This document shows, one piece after another, positions 47,686 through 56,127 of a stretch of 64,000 bases of DNA (its first letter is position 1; each line of letters starts with the position of its first letter). Below the pieces are notes generated by a model. That model was not told the DNA's origin. It was given only the letters and a program-made list of their open reading frames with translations, and did not search any database. Both the position numbers and the translations under genes were made by a program. The stretch comes from an uncultured bacterium (GTDB lineage: Bacteria; Auribacterota; Erginobacteria; Erginobacterales; Erginobacteraceae): positions 384,001 to 448,000 of the forward strand of contig CAWGIE010000019.1 of assembly GCA_963822585.1 (NCBI GenBank), read 5' to 3'.

Positions 47686-50244
47686 TTACCGCGTCACCGG
47701 GGTGTCGGCGCTGGAACCGAAGTACACCCGGGTCACTCCCCGGACTGCCCAGAGGCCGGATGAGTTCCGGAATATCCCGATGTCGTCTATAGAGTCTCCG
47801 TTATAGTCGGCGGGAACTGAAAAATCGCTACTCCCCCCGAAGTAGCTCCTGGTTATTCCCCGGACCGCCCAAAGACCGGAGGAAGTACGGAATATCCCCG
47901 CTTCCCAGGTTTGGTCCCCGTTATAATCCCCGGGGACCGTCGTATCCGCCGAAGAACCGAAATAGAACCGGGTCAGAGCCCGGATCGCCCAGAGGCCGGA
48001 GGATCCCCGGAAGATGCCGATGTCCTTGCGTCCGCTCCCTTCATAGTAGCCGGGGGCGGGTGAATCGGCCGCGCCTCCGAAATAGGCCCGGGTTACTCCC
48101 CGGATCGCCCAGAGTCCGGATGTCTGACGGAAGATGCCCGCGGCCACGGTACCGTCCCCGTCATAATCCCCCGGTTCCGGGAAGTCGGCGGACCCTCCAA
48201 AATAGGTTCTGGTCACACCCCGGATCGCCCAGAGGCCGGATGTCTGACGGAAAATCCCGATATCGGTGGTTCCATTGCCGTCGTAATCCCCGGGGACGGC
48301 CTCGTCGGCTGCTCCCCCGAAGTAAACCCTGGTTACTCCCCGGACGGCCCAGAGCCCGGAACCCGATCTGAAGATGGCGATATCGGAGGTGCCGTCGCCG
48401 TTATAATCATGGATCCAGGGCGGAGAGGCGGAACGGAATCCGCCGCCGCCGTAGTGGAGGATCGCGCCGTCTTCCCCGACCGCGAAGACATCGGTCCCGA
48501 AAGCGCCCCAGACGCCCCGGAGTCCGCTTTCACAGGGGATTCCGGTATCGGTCCAGGAGTTCCCGTTGAAGTGATGAACGCGTCCCCAGACCTTGTCGCC
48601 GGGCCCGACGGCGCCGCTGACCACGAATATATCGTTGGCGGCTGTTCCCCAGATGCCGCGGTAGTTATCGTACTGAATTCCGGGGTTGAGTTCCGACCAA
48701 AAATTCCCGTCATAGTGAAGCATCCGGTCGCCCCCCACGGCGTAGACGTTGCTTCCCGAGCTGCCCCAGATACCGGAAAAACCGCCCAAGGCTGCCGACG
48801 TCATAATGGTCCAGTCCGACCCGTCATAGTGAGCGATTGTCCCGCTGCCGCCGCCGGCGAAGATATCGCTTCCCGATGTTCCCCAGATACTTCGAAATGT
48901 TGATACCCCCGCGATCGCCGTCATTACCGACCAGTTAGATCCGTCGCACTCGAGAATCTGTCCATCGGAAAATCCCCCGCCGACCGCGTAGACGTTGCTT
49001 GGCGAACTTCCCCAGATCCCATAAATTCCGCCGTAGATGTGGGTCATTTGAGACCAGGCGGAACCGTTATATCTGATGATATCTCCGTCATCCCCTCCGG
49101 CAAAAACATTATTCCCGTCGCTTCCCCAGACCGCGGCAAAACTTCCCCAGGGTTCAGGGGTAGTCATCAGGGACCAGGCATTGCCGTTATAATGGAGTAT
49201 CCGGTTGCCTTCCTCCCAGGAATTATTGTAGCTCCCCACGGCAAAGACATCGTTGCCGCTGCTGCCCCAGATCCCGGCCAATCCATCATCGTTCCAGTTG
49301 GTGATCCGGTCCCAGTCCGATCCGTTATAGTTAAGAATGATCCCGGTAGAGCCGACCGTATAGACATCGTTTCCGGCGCTTCCGGAGATCCCGTAGAGAT
49401 ACTGCTGGGTCGGCACGGTCAGGTCGTTCCAGGAGCTTCCGTTATAGTGAAAAACCAGACCCGGATAATCTCCTCCCGAGGCGTAGACATCATTGTTAGC
49501 GGTTCCCCAGACGCTGTAGAGGTTATATTGAGAACCGCTGCCGACCGTGGTTTCGGTCCAGGATCCGCCGTTATAGTGAAGGATCACGCCGCTGTCGCCG
49601 ACCGCGAAGATATCGCTCGCGTCTGACCCCCAGATGGAGTTGAGAGATCCGGAGGCTGTGGCCGCGTCCGACCAGGTGCTCCCGTTGTAATAGCGCACCC
49701 TGGTTCCGCCTACAGCATAAAGATTGCTGGCCGATGTTCCCCAGAACCCATCGAGAGCATAGTAAAATCCTGTTCCGGAGATATCGGCCCAGGAATTGCC
49801 GTCATAGTAGAGCACCTTTCCTCCCTCACCTCCGGCAAAGATACTGGAGGAGGAAAGTCCCCAGATGGAAGAGAGTTCGGAACTGTCAACAGTCTCGATT
49901 TGAGACCAGGAACTCCCGTTATAATGATAGATCGCCCCGTCGCTGTACTGCCCGGAATCGTTGCCGACCGCGTAGATATTATTGGCCGCGGTTCCCCAGA
50001 CACCGCGCAGTATCTCCTGATTCGGGAAGGTCATATTAGACCAGGTGCTGCCATTGTAGCGGACGACCGCGCCGACATTTCCCACGGCGATGATCTCCGA
50101 GGCGTTCAGCGCCCAGATAGCGTTGAGATTATTTCCCTGCGGCAGAGGATTCTGCCACTCCCATCCGCTTCCGAACGCGCCGGAAAAGATGGTGAGACTT
50201 AATACTACAACCGCGATTGCCGAAAAACTTCGGATTCTATACAT
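47686..50244 (-). CDS. Secreted beta-propeller repeat protein + six FG-GAP-like repeats ending PVTR
   Basis: Signal peptide; about 14 copies of (I/V)WG(S/T)...(D/N)(V/I)(F/Y)AVG..G.I.HY(N/D)G..W; C-terminal repeats ending ADTPVTR. Confidence 0.87.
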   Translation of the reverse strand: MYRIRSFSAIAVVVLSLTIFSGAFGSGWEWQNPLPQGNNLNAIWALNASEIIAVGNVGAVVRYNGSTWSNMTFPNQEILRGVWGTAANNIYAVGNDSGQYSDGAIYHYNGSSWSQIETVDSSELSSIWGLSSSSIFAGGEGGKVLYYDGNSWADISGTGFYYALDGFWGTSASNLYAVGGTRVRYYNGSTWSDAATASGSLNSIWGSDASDIFAVGDSGVILHYNGGSWTETTVGSGSQYNLYSVWGTANNDVYASGGDYPGLVFHYNGSSWNDLTVPTQQYLYGISGSAGNDVYTVGSTGIILNYNGSDWDRITNWNDDGLAGIWGSSGNDVFAVGSYNNSWEEGNRILHYNGNAWSLMTTPEPWGSFAAVWGSDGNNVFAGGDDGDIIRYNGSAWSQMTHIYGGIYGIWGSSPSNVYAVGGGFSDGQILECDGSNWSVMTAIAGVSTFRSIWGTSGSDIFAGGGSGTIAHYDGSDWTIMTSAALGGFSGIWGSSGSNVYAVGGDRMLHYDGNFWSELNPGIQYDNYRGIWGTAANDIFVVSGAVGPGDKVWGRVHHFNGNSWTDTGIPCESGLRGVWGAFGTDVFAVGEDGAILHYGGGGFRSASPPWIHDYNGDGTSDIAIFRSGSGLWAVRGVTRVYFGGAADEAVPGDYDGNGTTDIGIFRQTSGLWAIRGVTRTYFGGSADFPEPGDYDGDGTVAAGIFRQTSGLWAIRGVTRAYFGGAADSPAPGYYEGSGRKDIGIFRGSSGLWAIRALTRFYFGSSADTTVPGDYNGDQTWEAGIFRTSSGLWAVRGITRSYFGGSSDFSVPADYNGDSIDDIGIFRNSSGLWAVRGVTRVYFGSSADTPVTR

Positions 50245-50485
50245 ACTACCTCCTCCCTAAGCTAGGCTTCGCGCTAATTTAGTGTAAGTACACTGGAATT
50301 AACGCGGTATGCTGATTTTTAAGCTATAATACCATTTTTGTGAACATGCCATAACCATAATAAAGGGGAAGGGGGATAATTTATCAATTTAAAGGGATCA
50401 CCCCTCATGGCACGGCGCTGGTGCAGAGCGTAACAACCGCGGGCCGGCAAAAGAGCTCGAGCAGGCGCTTCGGGCGGAGATTCGA

Positions 50486-50514
50486 TTGACGCCATCCGGG
50501 GCGGATAGTATCCT
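50486..50514 (+). promoter_or_regulatory. Sigma70-like promoter for ribF
   Basis: TTGACG-N17-TATCCT. Confidence 0.45.
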
Positions 50515-50541
50515 CTCATCGCTGAAAGGGCGAAACAAAGT

Positions 50542-51495
50542 ATGATTACCATCTACGAGTTCACCGAAGGGGCCGTCACCCAAGGTTTTCCCCTGGTCAT
50601 GGCCTGCGGCTTTTTTGACGGCGTTCACCGGGGCCACCAGGCTCTTCTGCGGGCGGCCGCTGAGGAGGCGCGAAATCGGAGCGGGAAAGCGGTGGCGCTC
50701 AGCTTCTCTCCCCATCCCCAATCGATAATCCAACCCGGAAAAAAGGTGCGTCTCCTGACTTCCCGGGAGCAGAAAATCCGCCTCTTCGAAGAGTATGGTC
50801 TGGACGGGTGCATCCTGCTGGATTTTTCCGAGAGCATCCGGGGTATGAAACCGGATGACTTTATCCGCTTTTTACGGGGGGAGTTCCCCAACCTGGCCCA
50901 TCTCGTCGTCGGCCGGAACTGGAGATTCGGCGCCGGAAACCGCGGAGACGCGGAGCTGCTGGGCCGGATAGCGAAGTCAAACGGCCTGGGGATAACAGCG
51001 GCCGACGCGGTGACCTGGGAAGGCGAGCCGATCTCCAGTTCGCGCATTCGACAGGCGGTGGAGAAGGGGGATCTTGACTCCGTCCAGGCCATGCTCGGAC
51101 GCCCCTTTCAAGTGATCGGCAGGGTCAGGCACGGCCACCAGATCGGACGGCGGCTGGGCTTTCCCACCGCCAATATCCAGCCGGATGAAGTACTGCTGCT
51201 CCCGGCCGGGATCTATGCCACCCTCACCCTGACCGAGAGCAGGGAATATCCATCCGTGACCTATATCGGCCGCCGGCCGACCTTCCAGAATACCGGGGGC
51301 GACCAGTTCATCGAGATCTTCATCATGGACCAGGAACTCGATCTCTACGGCAGGGAGCTCGAAGTCTCCTTCATAAAGAAAATCCGGGAGGATAAAAAGT
51401 TCGATTCCCCGGAATCTTTGAGCCGGCAGATCGCGAAGGACGTGGAAGAAGCCCGGAGCATCCTTTCCGAACCCGTCTCCGATCGGGAGGCATGA
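50542..51495 (+). CDS. ribF: Bifunctional riboflavin kinase/FAD synthetase
   Basis: GFFDGVHRGHQ, FSPHP, ISSSRIR, GRRLGFPTAN, GRRPTF, IREDKKF. Confidence 0.97.
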   Translation: MITIYEFTEGAVTQGFPLVMACGFFDGVHRGHQALLRAAAEEARNRSGKAVALSFSPHPQSIIQPGKKVRLLTSREQKIRLFEEYGLDGCILLDFSESIRGMKPDDFIRFLRGEFPNLAHLVVGRNWRFGAGNRGDAELLGRIAKSNGLGITAADAVTWEGEPISSSRIRQAVEKGDLDSVQAMLGRPFQVIGRVRHGHQIGRRLGFPTANIQPDEVLLLPAGIYATLTLTESREYPSVTYIGRRPTFQNTGGDQFIEIFIMDQELDLYGRELEVSFIKKIREDKKFDSPESLSRQIAKDVEEARSILSEPVSDREA

Positions 51496-51587
51496 GAGAC
51501 TGCCCGGGCTTTTACCGTATTACCCGGACGAATTCAGCCCCTCCGCCCTGACAAAACGGACTCAGCCCTTCACCAGACGCCTGCCCG

Positions 51588-52088
51588 TTATACCACCTCA
51601 AAGAACTTCGCCCGGGGGGCGCCGCAGATGGGACAGGTCTCCGGGGGATTGCCCGGCACGGTATTGCCACAGACCGAGCAGACGAAGATTTTCTCTTCCG
51701 GGAGATCTTTCTCATTATTCACGGCATCCGCCGCCAGGCTGTAGAGCCCGTGATGAATCTTTTCCACGGCGAGCGCGTTCTTGATGGCGATGACCGCCGG
51801 GCGGTTCCCCTCCGCTTCGGCCTCCACCAGGAACTTGGGGTACATCTGCTGGAACTCGAACCCTTCGCCGGCGATGGCTTCCTGCAAATTTTCCGCCGTG
51901 CTTTTGATGCCGCCCAGAACCCGGAGATGGGCGTGGGCATGCACGGTCTCGGCCGCGGCCGCCGCCCGGAAGAGCCTCGCGACCTGGGGATATCCGTCTT
52001 TCTCCGCTTTTTGGGCGAATGCCAGATATTTACGGTTCGCTTGGCTCTCGCCGGCAAACGCTTCCTGAAGATTATCTCTGGTTGTCAT
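51588..52088 (-). CDS. rbr: Rubrerythrin
   Basis: AFAGESQANRKY, AETVHA, EKIH, C-terminal CSVCG...CPICGA. Start at ATG 52088 after AAGGAGG. Confidence 0.95.
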   Translation of the reverse strand: MTTRDNLQEAFAGESQANRKYLAFAQKAEKDGYPQVARLFRAAAAAETVHAHAHLRVLGGIKSTAENLQEAIAGEGFEFQQMYPKFLVEAEAEGNRPAVIAIKNALAVEKIHHGLYSLAADAVNNEKDLPEEKIFVCSVCGNTVPGNPPETCPICGAPRAKFFEVV

Positions 52089-52150
52089 AGCCGCTGCCTC
52101 CTTTGTTTTTTTCATCTTATGTCATTAGGACTTAGCGCGTTCGGCGCAAC

Positions 52151-52306
52151 TTCGTAGTGCAGGACTTCAGTCCTGCCCATGTTAAGCAGGGCTTCAGCCT
52201 GAGGCTGATCCGCCTTGGGCGGAAAAGCCCTGCACTACGAAATTATTGTGCGCCAGAGGCGCATCAACTATAAAAAAACTTCGTGATCTTCGTGTCCTTC
52301 GTGGTT
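52151..52306. repeat. GTAG-type REP-like inverted element with internal hairpins, plus a CTTCGTG 9-mer triplet
   Basis: TTCGTAGTGCAGG...CCTGCACTACGAA enclosing GCAGGACTTCAGTCCTGC and TCCGCCTTGGGCGGA; then CTTCGTGAT CTTCGTGTC CTTCGTGGT (52279-52306). Confidence 0.7.
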
Positions 52307-52342
52307 TTATTTTTTTCAATGTGACATCTGGGCGCGGCGTGA

Positions 52343-53947
52343 TTAGCCGGGCATTCTCTTTTCGGCCTCCTTGAAACAGAACGGGTCTCTATCCGTGAAG
52401 ATATCGAGACCGAAGCCGCGGGTGATGGCCATGCAGCCGCCGCAGACGGTCCGCAGAGAGCAGTCCCGGCAGGCCGCCGGCCCCTGGCGATACCGCCGGG
52501 CCGGCGCCGAATCGTAAACCCCGGCAATACCGTCTTTCAAAACATTCCCGATCGGAGACGGAAACTTGCGACAGGCATGGGCCTCGCCGTCGGGAAGAAT
52601 GGTGATGAAATTGAAGGCGGCACCGCAGCCGTATCCGGAGCAGCCGTCGAAGAGTTTCAGGCCCCTTCTATTCAGGACAATGTTGATCAGGTTGTCCTTG
52701 TAACCGAGGGGGGCGATCGCCCGGCATGCATCCACGTATTTCTCCAGGAAATCGATATATTCCTGTTTTGACGGAAGCGGGAGATCCGCCCCCTCGCCCA
52801 CCGGGGAGAGGCGGTTAAAGGTAAAGTGGTCGGTCTTCTTCTCCAGCATCTTCGCCAGGGGGAGGACCTGGCCGATATTGTCCTTCGTCAGGGTGAGCAT
52901 GACCGCCGAAGAAATCCCCAGTTCCCTCAGGAGTTTCAGGAATTCGATCACCCTCCCAAAGTGGCCGGCTTCGCGCATCACGTCGTTGTGTTCCCGCAGG
53001 CCCTCCAGACTCACCTGGAAATATCCCGGGGGCTGGATAGCGATCAGCTTCTCCATTTGCTCCCGGGGAGTGGGGTTCCCCAGGATGGAAGTTGAAAACC
53101 CCCTATCCGCGGCCCCCTGGTAGAGTTCGAAAAAGCGGGGATACAGGAACGGATTTCCCCCGGTGAAACAAACGTGGCCCCTGACGTTGCGATCCCGGCA
53201 AAAACCGCCCAGAGCATCGAGAATCTCAAGACCCTGTTTCAGTGTTAGGGGAGACCGCCGACTCCGGTCATAACAGTGCCGGCAGTGGAGATCGCAGGCA
53301 TTGGTGATGTGCCACTGAACGGTAAACGTCTTAACCGCCTGGCGCCGTCCCTGGTCGGGCGACCCGGGAAATTGCCGGCGGAGCCGGGTGGGGGGGGCAA
53401 GGAGTATCCCTTGATCCGCGGCCTGGTAGAGGGACCGCTCTATCCTTCCGGCGGGGACGCCGCCGGCGGCGGCGGCTTCTTCACGGGTAATATCTTCGGC
53501 AAGCATCTTGACGGCAAGCAACTCCGCCTTTGAGGCGGCCTTGACATTCGTCTTGCCGGATCCGAACGGGCGCCAGACCAGGACCCATTCTTCGCCTGGG
53601 ACGGGCGTCGGGGATGTTTGATCTTCCACCCGGTTCAGGAGGGGAGTGAGCTTCCAGTTGAGATGGATTACCTCCAGTGTCGGGTTGAGCTCCAGCCGTT
53701 TCACTTCCCGGGCGAAGACGACCCCGGCTGCCGACACTTCATGGCGGGTCCATTCCAGGAGGGCAAGATCGGGAAGAAAATCGGGAAACCCGGTGGAGCC
53801 GGCCCGCTCCGCGATTAGACGGGGAAGATCTGCCGGCCGAATTTTCGATCCGGCATCCGAAAGAAGGCTCCTCCAGGCCGTCCCGCTCAGAAAGGACCGG
53901 CAGAGAGGATATATCTTCTCCAGGATTTTCATATTGCTCCCCGCCAT
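52343..53947 (-). CDS. sbtM: Radical SAM/SPASM peptide maturase, SbtM ('selenobiotic', thio/seleno-oxazole RiPP) family
   Basis: N-terminal DUF2063-like region (FLPDLALLEW...LNPTL), QWHITNACDLHCRHCYDRS, FTGGNP, QVSLEG, SPASM GCSGYGCGAAFN...HACRKF...CRDC...CGGC...DPFC. Confidence 0.85.
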   Translation of the reverse strand: MAGSNMKILEKIYPLCRSFLSGTAWRSLLSDAGSKIRPADLPRLIAERAGSTGFPDFLPDLALLEWTRHEVSAAGVVFAREVKRLELNPTLEVIHLNWKLTPLLNRVEDQTSPTPVPGEEWVLVWRPFGSGKTNVKAASKAELLAVKMLAEDITREEAAAAGGVPAGRIERSLYQAADQGILLAPPTRLRRQFPGSPDQGRRQAVKTFTVQWHITNACDLHCRHCYDRSRRSPLTLKQGLEILDALGGFCRDRNVRGHVCFTGGNPFLYPRFFELYQGAADRGFSTSILGNPTPREQMEKLIAIQPPGYFQVSLEGLREHNDVMREAGHFGRVIEFLKLLRELGISSAVMLTLTKDNIGQVLPLAKMLEKKTDHFTFNRLSPVGEGADLPLPSKQEYIDFLEKYVDACRAIAPLGYKDNLINIVLNRRGLKLFDGCSGYGCGAAFNFITILPDGEAHACRKFPSPIGNVLKDGIAGVYDSAPARRYRQGPAACRDCSLRTVCGGCMAITRGFGLDIFTDRDPFCFKEAEKRMPG

Positions 53948-53974
53948 CCGAAGCTCCTATTCCCGTGTTTCATT

Positions 53975-54012
53975 ATACACCACGTTATACACCATACACC
54001 ACGTTATACACC
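53975..54012. repeat. Perfect 19-bp tandem duplication
   Basis: ATACACCACGTTATACACC x2 (53975-53993, 53994-54012). Confidence 0.85.
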
Positions 54013-54036
54013 TGACGGCATTATTTGTATAAAACC

Positions 54037-54075
54037 AAAAAAACAGCCCCGCACGCAAACTGCGTGCGGGGCTGT
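54037..54075 (-). terminator. Intrinsic terminator between precursor and maturase
   Basis: Minus strand ACAGCCCCGCACGCA-gtt-TGCGTGCGGGGCTGT followed by a T run. Confidence 0.85.
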
Positions 54076-54115
54076 CTCTGGATAAACTGCTTTTTCGGGA
54101 CTCCGTGAGTGAGCG

Positions 54116-54292
54116 TTACTTGCTGCAGGAACCTTTTCCGCATGAAGTCTGGGTTGTTTCATCGCCTTTCGAATTGCAGGAACTTTTCCCGCAGCTCGAG
54201 CTCTTGCAGCCGGAACTCATGAGGCCCGCGCCCACTACCAACCCGGCCAGGCTGACACCGGTCAGAGTTCTCTTAATCTTCTTTTTATCCAT
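54116..54292 (-). CDS. sbtA: Cys-rich RiPP precursor (SbtA-like), predicted lipoprotein, 58 aa
   Basis: Read manually; below the ORF-track cutoff. AAGGAGGT SD, then MDKKKIKRTLTGVSLAGLVVGAGLMSSGCKSSSCGKSSCNSKGDETTQTSCGKGSCSK*. Directly upstream of the maturase. Confidence 0.88.
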   Translation of the reverse strand: MDKKKIKRTLTGVSLAGLVVGAGLMSSGCKSSSCGKSSCNSKGDETTQTSCGKGSCSK

Positions 54293-54348
54293 TGACTTAC
54301 CTCCTTTGTCCGGACTTTCTATTACCTTTTTTCCTAAAAACCATATTG

Positions 54349-54377
54349 ATCTTATAGCAGCGGTTACGCCTTGTAAA
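54349..54377 (-). promoter_or_regulatory. Sigma70-like promoter for the precursor gene
   Basis: Minus strand TTTACA-N17-TAAGAT. Confidence 0.45.
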
Positions 54378-54471
54378 TCCCCCTCTGAGGGGGATTTTCA
54401 GGCCCCGGGATTCTCACTCAAAATAATGAAAAACGGACCGGGATCGGCTACGTGAAAGAAGGGCGCCGCGC

Positions 54472-55764
54472 TCAGGTTACCAGCTGCCCGGTTCCGTCGA
54501 CCACGAATTTATAGCTGCACAGCTCCCGGATCCCGATCGGACCCCGGGCGTGAAGCTTCTGGGTGGAAATTCCCATCTCGGCCCCCATCCCGAAGCGGGC
54601 GCCGTCGGTAAAACGGGTGCTGGCATTCCAGAAGACGGCGGCGGCGTCCACCCCCGCCTGGAAAACGCGGGCCGCGGCCTCATCTCCAGTGACGATGGCC
54701 TCACTGTGGCCGCTCCCGTGACGGTTGATGTGCTCAATGGCGGCCGGGAGCGAGTCGACAACCGCCGCGGCCATAATCAGGGCCAGAAACTCGGTATCCC
54801 AGTCGGCGGGGACGGCGGCCCGGGGCGGAGGATCAAGGTCGGGAGGCGCCAGGGCCAGGGACCGCTCATCCAGGCGGAGCTCGACCCCCCGGGCGGCAAG
54901 AGCCCGCAGCAGCCGGGGCAGCAGGGCCGGCGCGACCGAGGTATGGATCAAAAGCGTCTCGGCGGCATTGCAGACGGCGGGGTACTGGGTCTTGGCGTTG
55001 ACAACGATAGCCTCCGCCATGTCGGGGTCGGCGGCCGCGTCCACGTAGACATGACAGTTCCCGGCAGCGGCGAAAAGGAGCGGGACGGTGGCGACTTTCA
55101 GGAGGGCTTCTTTCAGCCCCTCGCCGCCCCGGGGTATCAGGAGATCGATATACCGGTCCTGCGAGGCGAGATCGGCCAGGGCCTCATGCCCCCCTCCCGA
55201 CGCCAGTAGGAGAGCCCCTTCCGGCAGGCCGGAACGCTTCAGAGCAGCCGATGCGGTGGTGGTGATCGCCTCGTCGGAACGACGGGCAATCGACGAGCCG
55301 CGCAGGATGACGGCGTTCCCGGCCTTGAGGGCCAGGCAGGAGGCGTCCGCCCCCACTTCCGGCCGGGCTTCATATACAATCGCCACCACCCCCAGGGGCA
55401 CTCGAACCCGGCGAATCAGAAGTCCGTTCGGCCGGACTGTCCGCTCGATCTCCTCCCCGACCGGATCGGGGAGTCCGGCCACGTCGCGAATACCCCGGAC
55501 TGTTCGCGCCAGTTTCGCCTCATCGAACCGGAGCCGGTCAATCAGCTGGGGGGCGATCTTCTTCTTCCCGGCGTCGGCCACGTCGGCGGTATTGGCCTCC
55601 AGGATCCTGGGCGCGGCGGCGGCCAGGGCATCCGCCATCGCCCGAAGGGCGGCATTTTTGGTCTCCGTGTCAAGAATCGCCATCCGGTGGGAGGCCTGCT
55701 TCGCGGACCGGCAGATCACCTCCATCCATGATATATTCTCCATCTTTTCCGACTTTTGACTCAT
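54472..55764 (-). CDS. proA: Gamma-glutamyl phosphate reductase (start uncertain)
   Basis: LPDPVGE, VPLGVVAIVYEARP, KAGNAVILRG, LIPRGG, GNCHVYVD, CNAAET, NASTRFTDG..FGMGAEMGISTQKLHARGP. Confidence 0.97.
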   Translation of the reverse strand: MSQKSEKMENISWMEVICRSAKQASHRMAILDTETKNAALRAMADALAAAAPRILEANTADVADAGKKKIAPQLIDRLRFDEAKLARTVRGIRDVAGLPDPVGEEIERTVRPNGLLIRRVRVPLGVVAIVYEARPEVGADASCLALKAGNAVILRGSSIARRSDEAITTTASAALKRSGLPEGALLLASGGGHEALADLASQDRYIDLLIPRGGEGLKEALLKVATVPLLFAAAGNCHVYVDAAADPDMAEAIVVNAKTQYPAVCNAAETLLIHTSVAPALLPRLLRALAARGVELRLDERSLALAPPDLDPPPRAAVPADWDTEFLALIMAAAVVDSLPAAIEHINRHGSGHSEAIVTGDEAAARVFQAGVDAAAVFWNASTRFTDGARFGMGAEMGISTQKLHARGPIGIRELCSYKFVVDGTGQLVT

Positions 55765-56127
55765 GCCTGAAAAACCTTTTAGCATCGTCCGAGATATGTC
55801 CTTTTAAAGATGGATTATAACTCTCCGCCCCTCTCGTTCAAGAGAATAAGATCGATTTATCCCTTTTTAAAAAGAGTGAGCCCGTCCCTGGACGGACGGG
55901 CTCCGGTTGAGATCACTTGTTCGACTGATTATTCTTCCGGCACCCATTCCGACCACGCCGTGAGCAGAAGGGTACCATCACCTTTTTTACCCGGTCGCAG
56001 ACCGGGAAGTTGGCCTTGAGGTCATCGTCTCTAATCGACAATCTTCTCTGAGTAAATATTTTAGTTTCAAACCGGGACCGGTGGTGATCCAGGCACTGAT
56101 TAACGATCACTGATTACTTCTTCCCCC

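Noticed and set aside
50390..50541. FMN riboswitch upstream of ribF
   Set aside because: No RFN consensus segments are seen, and a promoter-like sequence lies only about 30 nt before the start.
54116..54292. Selenocysteine recoding with the downstream hairpin as a SECIS
   Set aside because: The ORF has no UGA and ends in TAA; the hairpin is followed by a U tract like an intrinsic terminator.
55810..56110. Short ORFs between proA and the subtilase
   Set aside because: No recognisable homology or translation signals.
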